From Sphacelaria rigidula (lineage: Eukaryota), in the NCBI GenBank assembly GCA_964200075.2, contig CAXNAA020000002.1, positions 1-61,849 on the forward strand: DNA of 61,849 bases. Direction: 5' to 3'. The position numbers and the translations under genes were made by a program. Positions 22,557-33,336 of this stretch are shown piece by piece. How positions within the stretch are numbered: the stretch's first letter is position 1; the number at the start of each line of letters is the position of its first letter. The notes below the pieces were generated by a model. The model was not told the DNA's origin. It was given only the letters and a program-made list of their open reading frames with translations, and did no database searches.

Positions 22557-24196
22557 TTACAATTTATTGTGCGACGTGTTCCAGTTTAGGATTAGGGCAA
22601 AAAAAACGTAAACGTAAACGCTTTCCCAATCCTTGTCTTTTGTCTTTGACACCGGGTTGATCGACGAAGAAGCAGGTTCTGGTGGCGACAGCGATGGGGT
22701 GTCGGTTTCAATCGAAACTGTATTTCCCCATGCAAAGTTTGTGGCGGTCAAGAACATTTTGCTCACCGCCACGACCGACAAAAATGGCATAAAAAATTTG
22801 TTCAGAAAGAAACCAGCAATCATCTGTGTCCTCTCGGGAACGATGCAGAGAATCCAGGCGAATGCGTACAAGTAGGGTATGGCGATGATCGTCGAAAGGA
22901 AGACAATGCCGATGATTGAAAACTGGGTGATATATATCCAGAAGCACGTGTAAGAAATGAAACCAAAGAGGATTGTAAAAACGCGACCAATGTCAACTAT
23001 GGTCGCTGCCTTGATGTACAGGGGTATGTTACTGGTGTAAATCAACACCATGGAGTTGAAAAATGAATTTGAAGACCACCTCCTTCTCTGCTTGATGAAA
23101 GACTTCGCATTGAGCGCAGGCTCTGCGTGGACAAACGCGCGCCAATTCATCTGTAGGTTGGCCCCTTGTCTCAATAGAAGAGTGGTGTACCGCCGATCGG
23201 TCCCCTGCATCCTTGTGACCGTTTGAAGCAGGCTGCTCGTTTTCGTCGGAAGCTTTCCATACTTTTCAATCGCGACGTCGGTGCGTGTCCCGATTCTGAT
23301 CATGTTGGAACATCCTGGAAGACACGTCGTCGAATTTAAGAGACTTTCTGTCATACGCCTCACGATCAGCGAAAAAAAATACTGAAAATCCTGCATCATT
23401 ACAAACCCCCGTTCCGTCCAGGACGCGTCCTCCTTCAAATATGTTCTGAGCAGTCCAGAGACACCATCGAGGTTGTCGTCATCAACCAGAGACTTGAGCA
23501 TTTCGTTTAGACAGTTCTCGTCAGAGGCAGTGTCCCCGTCCGTGTGATAAATGTAGTCAACTCTTGGTACGTCGATGGAGCTGATGTCCGGGATACCGGT
23601 AGTGATGAACTTTTCCCCGATGATCAAGGAATCCTTCTTGCCCGAGTTGTTCTCCTTGTGTGAGAGAATTACGATCGTGTTGTTGTATGTGCCTACGAAG
23701 TACGACAACTTGGTGTCTTCTTTACTCTTCCAGTTCTGGTACCATTTATCTTCTTCAGAAATTGTGCCGAAATCCACGACGTCGACCACCGAGTCATAGA
23801 GGCCGTGTTATGTTCACCCAGTCCATCGAAGAGAAGAACGACCAGTACGGTTGTGTTTGTGGAAAGTTTTTGTGTTGTCAAACCATCCAGGTTTTTTTTC
23901 AACAAGCTGGCATCTTCGTTGTAAACGGGTACCAGGCAGCATATTGTGCTGACTTGTTCGGTGGGAATGTCGGGCAGAGATCTCACGATCTTTTTGATGT
24001 TACATATTTGATGAAAAACGTTTACGAGGTCTCTCATGTGTCCACCGGCAACAAAGAGCGCGACGATCAAGTACCCATAATCCAGATACAGTAGGAGGAC
24101 AGCTAAAAGTAGATTAAACATAATGTACGCCGCAAACAAGCAGTTTTTTTTCGCGTGGATGTTCATCGCTACGCAACACGTATACGTGTGAAACAT
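22557..24196 (-). pseudogene. Processive GT2 glycosyltransferase, chitin/hyaluronan synthase-like, frameshifted
   Basis: VPVYNE, FDG, KENNSGKKDS, HTDGDT, CLPGC, GTDRRYT, QRRRW, C-terminal TM helices and WG. Frameshift ~23805. Confidence 0.85.
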
Positions 24197-24201
24197 TTTT
24201 T

Positions 24202-25068
24202 TTAAGTGTCACAAGACTTGGTTTTGTGTGTCAGACTGTTGGTGTCCGAGTATCGTAGGACGAACTCCGACAGGTTCGTCTCACCCATGTGTTCTTTCAG
24301 GATCACGCAGTTTGGCAGAACGCAATGTCCACCGATTACCTTTTGCCCCTCCTCGTTTGTAGGAATAGGTGTCAACACAGGTCGGCACACGTTGGGTTTA
24401 CCGAGATCCCTGTAGCCGACGTTGTACCCCGTCTGCCACCTCGTGAAAACCTTTGCAAAGTCGACACCGTTGTCCTCGCACAGATGCGACACGTCGGTGA
24501 TGGCAGTAATGTTTACCCCATACAGAGTAGTCGAGACAACTTTTGCCAGCTCCGACTCCTTCGCTCGACACGTGACGGGTTTCATATTGAGAGACTTCAG
24601 GTGTTGGATCAAGAGCGGTTTGATCGACTCGTCTTGAAAGAAACGGTCGCTCAGACCGACATACTTCTCGAAAGTGAGCAACCCTTCTGTCAGGTTTGGG
24701 TGCACTCCGCGCACGGGCGATTGAACACACACTAGACTTGGAAATTCGGCCTGCAAGCGATCTGTGCATCCCACCTCGACGGTAGACTGGATGATGATCA
24801 CGCAACCATCCCGCAATTGAAGATCGCGCAAGACTTCCACAAAACTGTCGTAGTCGAAGAATTGCGTGCAGATATTTACCATTTCACACTTGGACAAGGA
24901 AGAGTCCAGTCCTTGGAAAGGGTCTCGCACGATGACGTCGGTAATATCGGCCAACTTGTACACCTCGTGCAGAGAGGCACCTATTTGTCCATTTCCCAAA
25001 ATACCTATCGACATGGTTGCACGTTCTTGATATATAAGCAGAATATTTTCATCCAAATGTCCGCTCAT
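24202..25068 (-). CDS. UDP-glucose/GDP-mannose dehydrogenase family protein (short form)
   Basis: Rossmann GILGNGQIG, IQSTV..G.T, SPVRG, ESELAK, IGGHCV catalytic Cys; likely start 25014. Confidence 0.85.
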   Translation of the reverse strand: MSGHLDENILLIYQERATMSIGILGNGQIGASLHEVYKLADITDVIVRDPFQGLDSSLSKCEMVNICTQFFDYDSFVEVLRDLQLRDGCVIIIQSTVEVGCTDRLQAEFPSLVCVQSPVRGVHPNLTEGLLTFEKYVGLSDRFFQDESIKPLLIQHLKSLNMKPVTCRAKESELAKVVSTTLYGVNITAITDVSHLCEDNGVDFAKVFTRWQTGYNVGYRDLGKPNVCRPVLTPIPTNEEGQKVIGGHCVLPNCVILKEHMGETNLSEFVLRYSDTNSLTHKTKSCDT

Positions 25069-26009
25069 TGCAACGACATCGCAGTCAGAGGAGAAGACGA
25101 CGTCTGCAGCGACATGGCCGTCGGCCGAGCAGACAAGCTAGTCGTCTGATCCACGGAGTATGACGTTATCTTTGGAGCGGTGACGTTGCGACCGTTGACG
25201 ATGTTTTCCCACTGCACGATGATGTATCGGATAAAGTCTCCTCTTTTTCTTGCGTTGTTCTTTGCGGCGCCGTTCCCGTACACCATGAGCATGTCCGAAA
25301 TAACCTTTTGACACGCCTGGTCGGGGAACTTCGACAACGCGGCCATGGTATTGTCTTCGAAACCGTGATCATCGTTTCTTGCGTGAACATCTCCTGGATT
25401 CGACCCAAGAAACGCGTCCAGTAGACTCACGCCTAGTGCATAAATGTCATGCGTGCTGTCAACGACGGGATTCGGCATTGGCATGTATCCTGGAGTTCCG
25501 CTGAATCTTTTTTTCTGCATGTACTTCGCGCACGAACGCGCCAAGCCCACGTCGCCGAGAGCGGCCTTCGCAATAGTTCCGTGGGCATCGGTGTTCATAA
25601 GGATATTGTCGGGCTTGATGTCGCCATGGACGACACATTTGTCGTGCAAGTGTATGTATGCAATGCCTCGCATACAGTCCCTCCCAACGACGGCGACCTC
25701 GCCCAAGGATTTCAGTTTCTTGGCGTTGCCTTTAAACATGTCCATGACGATGTAACGAGAGTCGTACGCGATCATACACACTATGTTTGGATGGCGGAAC
25801 TCCATCAGAATACCGATTTCTTCCAAGAGTTCTGCCTTTGCCTGTCGACGAACCTCGGGCATCTGGTCTTTTCCCGTGAGCAGTTCTTTCACGGCGACCG
25901 GTGTGTCGCAGTACAGCGCCCTTTTCACATTGCCGAAAGAACCTCGCCCTAAAAATTCTCGCTCGGGGAAAGGTCATCGCTTTAGTTCTTGAACGTTCAT
26001 CGTGGACAT
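25065..26009 (-). pseudogene. Ser/Thr protein kinase with an early in-frame stop
   Basis: LGRGSFGNV, VAVK, HPNIV, HGDIKPDN, DVG, GTPGYM, DIYALG. TGA at 25974-25976 after MSTMNVQELKR. Confidence 0.88.
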
Positions 26010-26081
26010 TGGTTCTTAGTTAAACACACGCAGTATTTTTTTTCGCGAAAACTGCGTTTCAGCGAGTGTGTTTTTTTAATG

Positions 26082-26723
26082 TCACATGAAATCACAAACC
26101 AAGTTGACGAGACTCTTTGGTAGCGACATCAAGCTTCTCACCAAAGCGCTCTCGTATGGTCCGTTATGGTCCATGTACGCGCGCTTAATCGGGAGAGACC
26201 TCTGCCAGTTCCCTTCTCTGTGGCAATCGTCGTTCAACTCCTTGCCCATCTGTACCACCGTTCCCCCCATCTCCATGTACTTCATAGTAATATCCAGATC
26301 TCTCGGAAACACGGCGTCTCTGTCGTACAATCTGCACTTGTACGTCGTCCAAATATGCTCCATCATACCCGTCGTGGTACAGTGACAATACGGTCTCGCC
26401 GTTGCGATCACCGACCCACCATTTTTCACACAAAAGTCGAGAGTCTCGGGGCGTCCCGATCGTATGACCGACGCAATGCTGTTGCAAGCGCCAATCGGAC
26501 TTCCCCATCGAATACAGTTCTGCAAAATGTCAACCCTTCCTATCTCCCATGCGTTGAATACAACAGGTTTCGTCAACAGATCTTTGGCATCCAAGACTTG
26601 ATAAATATTGTTGTCGCCGGGTCTCATCATCATGTACAGACGCAAAAATCGGAAAACACGGCTACCGTTGCTGCGTACCATCGATTGGATTTCACTCACA
26701 GCGTCGTCGCAAAGCGTAACCAT
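26082..26723 (-). CDS. Hypothetical protein with degenerate ankyrin-like repeats
   Basis: GRVDILQNCIRWGS and GRPETLDFCVKNGG helical repeats. Confidence 0.45.
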   Translation of the reverse strand: MVTLCDDAVSEIQSMVRSNGSRVFRFLRLYMMMRPGDNNIYQVLDAKDLLTKPVVFNAWEIGRVDILQNCIRWGSPIGACNSIASVIRSGRPETLDFCVKNGGSVIATARPYCHCTTTGMMEHIWTTYKCRLYDRDAVFPRDLDITMKYMEMGGTVVQMGKELNDDCHREGNWQRSLPIKRAYMDHNGPYESALVRSLMSLPKSLVNLVCDFM

Positions 26724-26799
26724 TCATTTCCTTTGATCTCTGTCAACAATAAAATTGTCGAGAAGAAGAATTGCGAGGACGACGTAACACGTGTGGTGT

Positions 26800-27036
26800 T
26801 CGTTGTCCATCCTCAGAATGTGACCAACACCTCTCTCTTGAGTACAGCACTTGACGAGAGTGTAGAACAGGGAGGATGTGTCTATTTTACGGCGTCTCTG
26901 AATCCATTGTTCGTCGCATTTTTTGAAGACATCATAAATCTCGTGATGAGTCGAGTAAGTCATTTCAGGTTTGTTTATATTTTTACAAAACATTCAACTT
27001 TCCAATGTGCCTAACTTTACAACAATGGGTTCGATG
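26800..27036 (-). mobile_element. Truncated 5' end of IS4-family element (second copy)
   Basis: MTYSTHHEIYDVFKKCDEQWIQRRRKIDTSSLFYTLVKCC..HILRMD closely matches the transposase at 33823. Shares upstream AACTTTCCAA/AACTTTACAACAATG repeats and ends in CAT at the same offset. Confidence 0.8.
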
Positions 27037-27071
27037 GACATTCCTGTTCTGTACCGTACGACAAAAATAAA

Positions 27072-27692
27072 ATGTTGCTTAATCAGCATCCGGTCATGGA
27101 AACCACGCCCACCCTGTACGACGCGATCGGCGTGAGCGCAGATGCTCCCGCCGACAAAATCAAGAGAAAGGTGCGTAAGCTAGTGGACGAAGTCAGAGGA
27201 TCGGATAAAAGGAACTCGGAGAAAAACGAACTCATCCGCTTCTTCAAGAGCGCAAGGGACACTCTAACGAGTCCTGACGCGAGAAAAGAGTATGACCAGT
27301 CAATCGGCATCGAGACCGTCTCAAACAATGACACTGCTGCCGATGATGCGGAGTCAGTCGTATCCTTCCAACCCTTTCAGCCGTTTGGTGCTCTTGGTGC
27401 ACTCGGTAGTATTGGTTCGCTCCTCGGCCCCATAGAGTCATCACCCTCTCGTTCACCTGCCACGTCGTTGATGAGGCTCTTCGGAGCGGATATCGATGAC
27501 ATGTTCTCCAACAGCATCATACCGGAAGAAATGTCTGCGTCCACCGGAAGCTTGAAACCTGGAAGTTTTCAGGTCTTGGAGTATACTAAAGTCCGAAACC
27601 CCGATGGTGGGTTCGACGAGTTCGGGTTCACGCGACAGGGAGACATGAGGAACGATCGGGTCACAGAGAAACGCTTCGAGCGCAAGTCCTGA
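27072..27692 (+). CDS. J-domain (DnaJ-like) protein lacking HPD
   Basis: TLYDAIGVSADA..KIKRKVRKL...ARDTLTSPDARKEYD. Confidence 0.75.
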   Translation: MLLNQHPVMETTPTLYDAIGVSADAPADKIKRKVRKLVDEVRGSDKRNSEKNELIRFFKSARDTLTSPDARKEYDQSIGIETVSNNDTAADDAESVVSFQPFQPFGALGALGSIGSLLGPIESSPSRSPATSLMRLFGADIDDMFSNSIIPEEMSASTGSLKPGSFQVLEYTKVRNPDGGFDEFGFTRQGDMRNDRVTEKRFERKS

Positions 27693-27750
27693 GTTTCCGG
27701 GAAACTTTCTTCATATTTTTCTACTGTACGACGACTTTAGCATCATCTTC

Positions 27751-28176
27751 ATGACATATCGTCCAACGCCTGCCAAAAGACGAAGAGTCCATCGACCGGC
27801 GAAAAAGCCGCGATAATCAGTAAATCAAACATATGCGCTGTACCAGAATCCTGTGGAGGTCGTCGCATCGCCCGTGACGGACGAAGAACGAGCATTTTTC
27901 TTCGAGTGGGTGACGAAAAGAAACCTGGAGAATCAGTACGTTGTTCTGGCGTTGACATATTGGATGCGAGTCAAGTCCAAGATATGGACATGTTTTATAG
28001 TACACCGAAAAGAATTTTATATGATTGTGTGCGTCCACATATCGCTGAAGTGGCTTGGATACGACGAGGTTCGCAAGTGTAACATCAAGGACTTGAGAGA
28101 AATCGCGCCGATAACGATGGACACGCATCAACAAATCGAGTTCCTCATCCTCGGCGAACTAGGGTGGGACCTGTGA
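27751..28176 (+). pseudogene. Cyclin-box protein (PHO80-like) with an in-frame stop
   Basis: VLALTYWMR..CVHISLKW..IEFLILGELGWDL cyclin N-domain pattern; basic NLS-like N-terminus; TAA at 27814. Confidence 0.6.
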
Positions 28177-29001
28177 ATTGCAAAAAATCTTCGAGTTTGA
28201 CTTGGATCTGGTCACGACAATCTGCTTTTGTTCCTGGTACCGAGCAGAAGGATCGAAGAATGTCACGACTTTTTTAGCCAGACATGGATCGTCTTCGACG
28301 TCGACGTAAAAGTTACGCCGAAGGCCGGAGGATTGCTTGGACTCCTGTCCGTAGAGCATTTTCCCGTTATCCTCCACAAAGTTGGCCCGGATGATGCGAG
28401 CAACACCGAGGCCGCGCTTAATTTCATCGGACGATGCGTAAGGCGGGAAAAGATAAACTCGTGAGAGTATACATTCGTTCCTGACAGAAAACGTCTCTGA
28501 TGAGTACCTTTTTGGAATGTTGCTATGTCCCGAGTACCTGATCCTCATAACCACGTCGGCGTCGTGATCCCGACCTTCTAAGTTTAGGCACTCGAGCACA
28601 ACGTTTGTGGGAACATCGATGCGCAATCCGTCGCCGTAAGTCCACATATCCTTTAGGACTCTGGTGACGTCGTAGTCGCGACCGCTCACCGTAGCAATTG
28701 CGCGACGTATGATGATTGATTCGTGCCCGGACGACGTGTCCAGCAGCACCTGTTCCTTATTAATCTTAAGTAGAGTATCGAGCACGTATACCAGAGGTCT
28801 GACCAGCCGCGTCCTTTTGTCCCACATGTACGCCAATCTGAGCGCCATCATGCATCGGGCCACCTTGGCCACCGTGAACGCGACGATGATGATCATGTAC
28901 GAGGCTGTTCTCGAAAGCTCACGAGACACGGCGACTGGTACACATTTCGTCGCGAGAAAATACAGCGATACAGAAATAATTGGGACGTAAATGAAGAACA
29001 T
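28159..29001 (-). CDS. Hypothetical viral membrane protein
   Basis: 280-aa intact ORF with N-terminal hydrophobic segments. Confidence 0.65.
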   Translation of the reverse strand: MFFIYVPIISVSLYFLATKCVPVAVSRELSRTASYMIIIVAFTVAKVARCMMALRLAYMWDKRTRLVRPLVYVLDTLLKINKEQVLLDTSSGHESIIIRRAIATVSGRDYDVTRVLKDMWTYGDGLRIDVPTNVVLECLNLEGRDHDADVVMRIRYSGHSNIPKRYSSETFSVRNECILSRVYLFPPYASSDEIKRGLGVARIIRANFVEDNGKMLYGQESKQSSGLRRNFYVDVEDDPCLAKKVVTFFDPSARYQEQKQIVVTRSKSNSKIFCNSQVPP

Positions 29002-29087
29002 GTTTTTTTAAAGCGAGTCAACATTTTTAAGTTTGCGTTTTGGACGCTTCGTGGCGATTTAATTATTGCCTGTGTTGTAAAGGTTCA

Positions 29088-30077
29088 ATGAACGATCGGC
29101 AAATCTTGGACAGCATCGTGGGAATTGGTACACAAAGCCCGATATCAGGTCCGTGGAGGTTGACTGCGTGGGATTGCCCAAACACGGGGAAAATCTATGT
29201 GTTCAGCGAAGAGCACGCGAACAAGGCTTCGTGTCCCCAAAACCGGCACTTTTCCGCCCTCGCGTCGGAAATACTGCAAAAAACTAGAGGTGTGCACGTC
29301 CTGGTGGAGAATTTCATTCACGCCGCCGACATCGTGACTCCTAAAACGGGGGCAAATACTTCCCTTCTTCAGGCGTGCTCGCCTGTCAATGCGGGAATTC
29401 TCAACAACCTCAGGAACTGTCTGGAAGTCATGAAGATCAAATCTAAGTACTGTCCCAAAGGTTGTGCGGAACGCATCCATTTCATCGATCCTCGCGTAGA
29501 TATGGTGTCTGTTCTTCCGGACGGAAAGTTGTTCGGGGCGATATCGCACTACGCACACCACAAAGCGTCACATGGGGCTTTCGATGACGCCGTCTTGACA
29601 ATATTTGAATCCATTGTACACCCTCTTTCGAGCCTCTTGCCCGACAGAAAAAATCTGATGGGGCGGCTCGTGGGCGTCTTTGAAGCTTTCAAGATCAAGA
29701 TGACGCCTGTCCAGAGAAGGACCTTTGACGATATATGGGCCGGTGACATCACCGGAGGGATTGTTGGTATCAACGCCAAATATATTAAACTTCATGACAA
29801 CTTCTCTTCGTCGAAAAAAACAAGACCACGCCGTCGCTCGTCAAATTCTTACACGACGTTGACGAAATAAAAGAGCTGTACAAGCGATACACCAATAAGT
29901 TCATGGACATGGCTTCTCGCTCACGTTTTCATGATACAAAACACGGTAGGTTCAAATGGTATGGTTATGTATCTGGGGTCGCTTCACGGCCTTCAGATAG
30001 AAAAATACATGAGTCGCCACGGGCTCCGCAAAGTGTACCATGCGGAAAATCAAAACTTGGATTCGTGTCTCTCCTGA
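29088..30077 (+). pseudogene. Conserved NCLDV protein, possible EreA/ChaN/TraB-like fold, two frameshifts
   Basis: IYVFSEEH, VLVE, IHFIDPR, FMD..LLAH, MYLGSLHG; shifts ~29820 (A-run) and ~29911. Confidence 0.5.
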
Positions 30078-30084
30078 CAGTAGC

Positions 30085-30936
30085 TTAATTGAATTCCTCT
30101 TCATCTTCTTCATCGGGTCCTTCCTCCGATTCCTCTTCGTTTTCTCCAGAAGATTCCCTTTTGCGCTTGTTGGCAGATGAGTCAGAGTCGTCGTCTTTGG
30201 TGTTGTTGGTATCCTTGACGTCCGAAAAGTCGTCCATGTCCGTGAACTGAAACTCGGACTCGGACGCCTTGGGCTCGACCAGAACAAAGTTAACAATCCA
30301 AGAAATACCACTCATCATCGGAGTACACCATACATACGAAGCCTCCGCGATAACGCTCGCGAGACAGCCACCCTTCAGCTCTTTGGGGGAAACGGGAGTC
30401 TTGTCCTTTCGGAAAACAACAATCTTCATGTCCATGGCTTCATTTACATCATCGGACGAGGGGTTCTTCCCTTCCTGTAGAGGAATCTTGCCCTGGAAGG
30501 TCGGAGGGTACTTGTCGTTGGCCGATCCCTTGACCGAGCTCTGGAAGTAGGCTTCGATCTTGGCCGCATCCATGCTCTTCTGCCAAAGCTCGCTCTTGTT
30601 TTGAACCGCAAGCTCCTTGACCCTCTTGTCCACGCCGTTGAGGAAGTTGAAGAAACGGCGGAGCTTGCCGTCGTCGGCTTCGTCGTCACCCATCCCCTGG
30701 AACGACAGAGCGATTTTAGAAGAGCATTGTCCGGTTTCTTCGCTCTTCCTGATCTCCATGTTCCACGGGATCGTCATTGCCGGCGTCTCGCATACCAACC
30801 GTCGCCCGTTGCCTCCAACGAGACTCGCGAACTTCGTACCGTTCTTGCCCGGGCGAATACCGTCGAACATGATTCCCGAGAAGTCCACGTCGGGGAAAGT
30901 CTTGTATGTCAAGTTCATGTTCGTCTTTCCGGTCAT
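30085..30936 (-). CDS. NCLDV single-stranded DNA-binding protein (OB fold, acidic tail)
   Basis: VCETPAMTIPW, KYPPTFQGKI, YVWC....GISW....V, D/E-rich C-terminal tail. Confidence 0.75.
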   Translation of the reverse strand: MTGKTNMNLTYKTFPDVDFSGIMFDGIRPGKNGTKFASLVGGNGRRLVCETPAMTIPWNMEIRKSEETGQCSSKIALSFQGMGDDEADDGKLRRFFNFLNGVDKRVKELAVQNKSELWQKSMDAAKIEAYFQSSVKGSANDKYPPTFQGKIPLQEGKNPSSDDVNEAMDMKIVVFRKDKTPVSPKELKGGCLASVIAEASYVWCTPMMSGISWIVNFVLVEPKASESEFQFTDMDDFSDVKDTNNTKDDDSDSSANKRKRESSGENEEESEEGPDEEDEEEFN

Positions 30937-31356
30937 TTTTGGTTCAGAGGAATTCGGAGAGAAGAAGGGTGTGCTGAGGAGTTGTGAGGAACAGTGCGAG
31001 ATATATGTGTCCATTGTTTACTGTTAAAGTTTGTTCCATAAAAAATTCGAAAAGCGTTCAGAAACGCGTGCTCGCGATTGAACACTGGAACGTCCTCATC
31101 GCTCCTCAAAGGATTGAGAAAAAAGCTCTCCGTACTTTCATCATTTGTCTTCTTCGGCATTTTTGGTCGACGCAGCAAGAACTTGATGATGCGGCGAATT
31201 TTCCCATCGCCCGAGCCCTTGTTGGAGTACTGCGTGAAGAAAATGTCGGTCTCGGCTGTGACGTTCTTCATCTTGTTGTCGACCAAGAAACACATCTCGG
31301 GTGCGTCATTCTGACAGGTTAACAGTTGTCCTCCGAAATCAACACTCTTCACTGTA

Positions 31357-32424
31357 ATGATCAACATGGCGACAAGTTTCGATGAAGCTATACTCCAGGG
31401 AAACATTGCCATGTTCATGAGATGTTTGGCGGAGGGCGCTGATCACTCCACACTCGATTTCTTCGGGCGCACGCCAATGTTCGGCCTCCGATTTTGCTAC
31501 AACGCGTCGGTGGATGACTTCGTGAACGTGTTGTGCGCTTTCATCGACGCCGGCGCTGACATCAACCACGTGGATACGTTCGGTAACACTCTTCTTCTCC
31601 GGTCAGAAGTCAACAACCTCGGTGTCGCGCTCGTCCACGTTGGAGCCGACACCACCAAGAGAGCGCTCGCAAATGCCGCAGTGTACGGCTGCACGGACAC
31701 GATCGATGCCATCGTAAAGAGGCGGGTGGGTCGTCTGGATCGATTCCACCAGAGAGATTTCGACTCGTGCCTCGACAACGCTGCCAGCGCCTTGTCGAAC
31801 AACGTGACGATGGATGACATGAGCGGAATCGTAAAGCTCGTTGTCGACTATGGTGCCAACCCCAACAAATGGAGCACGCTTCACAACTGCGTTAGGAGCA
31901 ACGACGTGCTCGTGTCCACACTGGTTTCGCTCGGAGCTAATGCCGACACTCTCGAATGGGACTTTTCCAGAGGGGTGCTGAACACACCTCTGCATAGAAT
32001 GACGGACATGGTGTATTCGGACGTGTACGAGGCGATCGTCACTCCAACCACCGGCTTTAATGTCAAGGATTCATCGGGTGCCACGCCGTTTATGGCGATG
32101 ATGAAAGACAACGCGTTGTTGAACTCAGACGAGGTCGTCATCACTAAATACAAGTGGTTGATCGGGCGCGGCGCTTCGTGTTTGCCCGTCGACAACAAGG
32201 GGAGAAGAGTTTCCGAGATGACCAGATGTAGGAACTCGCCCTTCAAGGAAATCATCGCGGCCAAAATCGGGGAAGAGAACTGGATCAAGCGCAGAGGGAT
32301 CGTGCTGCTGCGCGCCAGAAATAGAATTGGGAGAAGAAGAAGTAGGCGCAAGATGACGTTGGTGGACGAAGTTGTGCGATTGAATGTCGATGGTGTTTTC
32401 AGGCATATTGTTACGTTTTTGTGA
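31357..32424 (+). CDS. Ankyrin repeat protein
   Basis: GRTPM, AGADINHVDTFGNTLL, GANPN, NTPLH, GATPF repeats. Confidence 0.88.
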   Translation: MINMATSFDEAILQGNIAMFMRCLAEGADHSTLDFFGRTPMFGLRFCYNASVDDFVNVLCAFIDAGADINHVDTFGNTLLLRSEVNNLGVALVHVGADTTKRALANAAVYGCTDTIDAIVKRRVGRLDRFHQRDFDSCLDNAASALSNNVTMDDMSGIVKLVVDYGANPNKWSTLHNCVRSNDVLVSTLVSLGANADTLEWDFSRGVLNTPLHRMTDMVYSDVYEAIVTPTTGFNVKDSSGATPFMAMMKDNALLNSDEVVITKYKWLIGRGASCLPVDNKGRRVSEMTRCRNSPFKEIIAAKIGEENWIKRRGIVLLRARNRIGRRRSRRKMTLVDEVVRLNVDGVFRHIVTFL

Positions 32425-32440
32425 ATGAGGACCAAAATAT

Positions 32441-32971
32441 TCAGTTGTTTTCAGCAATCACCTCGTCAAGAACTTCTTTCACTTTCTCAAACAACCAAAA
32501 CGGCCTTCCCCAGATCAAGTCCACGATTTCAACGTGCAGAGCATCATCTTCCACAATTCTTTTGCAGGTGTCGCTCTGCATTACATGCTTAACCTCGGGC
32601 AAAATACACCGCAAAGAGTAATCCAGAGATTGGGTTGCCATCGGCGCGCTCGTACTAAAATCGGGTTCACCATCGCCCTGTCGGTACATTGTGACTTCAA
32701 TGTAATGTATCGAGGAAAAGGGGAAATGTGCGTCGTGCAGACCGATAAAGAAGTCGACGCCATAAACCAACCGCATCTTTTGCTCGAATTTTCGCCCAAG
32801 GCCTTTCGCCAAGATGCCGCTGACGTACGATCGTTGCCAGAGTGTTAGCGGAGGATTGAGAACGTGTCCGTCAAAATGGTGGGTTACCTGCTTTTTTGCT
32901 CCCATCTGCGAATCTGTCGTTACGAGACCCCTACTATTAACCTCAGATAAATGTGGTCTTGCTTGCGCCAT
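32441..32971 (-). CDS. Hypothetical viral protein
   Basis: 176-aa ORF. Confidence 0.55.
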   Translation of the reverse strand: MAQARPHLSEVNSRGLVTTDSQMGAKKQVTHHFDGHVLNPPLTLWQRSYVSGILAKGLGRKFEQKMRLVYGVDFFIGLHDAHFPFSSIHYIEVTMYRQGDGEPDFSTSAPMATQSLDYSLRCILPEVKHVMQSDTCKRIVEDDALHVEIVDLIWGRPFWLFEKVKEVLDEVIAENN

Positions 32972-33019
32972 CGACGCGTCTTCTGTTACATCTCCATCAC
33001 TAGCGTCAAGTTTAGAAAA

Positions 33020-33135
33020 TCAAATCGAAAGAACTATAAACATGACGGTCGTGAAAAAACGGAAAACCCTTAAAACCACTTCTGACCGAGCAAAAGCCCG
33101 AAACCACGCATTCCGATGTTTGTCGACCCTACATT
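33020..33135 (-). ncRNA. Candidate Fanzor omegaRNA (scaffold overlapping ORF end, plus flank-derived guide)
   Basis: Position at the element 3' end; only 29 nt from stop to terminus; possible CGGTC/GACCG pairing around a U-rich stretch. Inferred from architecture, not demonstrated. Confidence 0.35.
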
Positions 33136-33336
33136 GTCGCGATCCATCTCGAACTCTGGTGTCAGAGGATGTAGTCTACAGGACTCTTCCGGATACCCGA
33201 CCTTAAAGTTTCTGCAACTCCGGGTTCTCCGTTCTTTGTCCTCGACCGTATCCTCGAAACACCCTGGGCACCTCTTGGAAGTATAGTGTTCGTGTACCAT
33301 CAACACCACTCCTCTGCTTAGCGTGTCTTCATTCCA
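33070..33336 (-). pseudogene. Fanzor/TnpB nuclease C-terminal remnant (zinc finger + RuvC-III)
   Basis: VHEHYTSKRCPGC...SCRN...C...MDRDNVGSTNI matches TnpB/Fanzor E.yTSk.C..C and DRD.naa.NI motifs. Confidence 0.85.
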
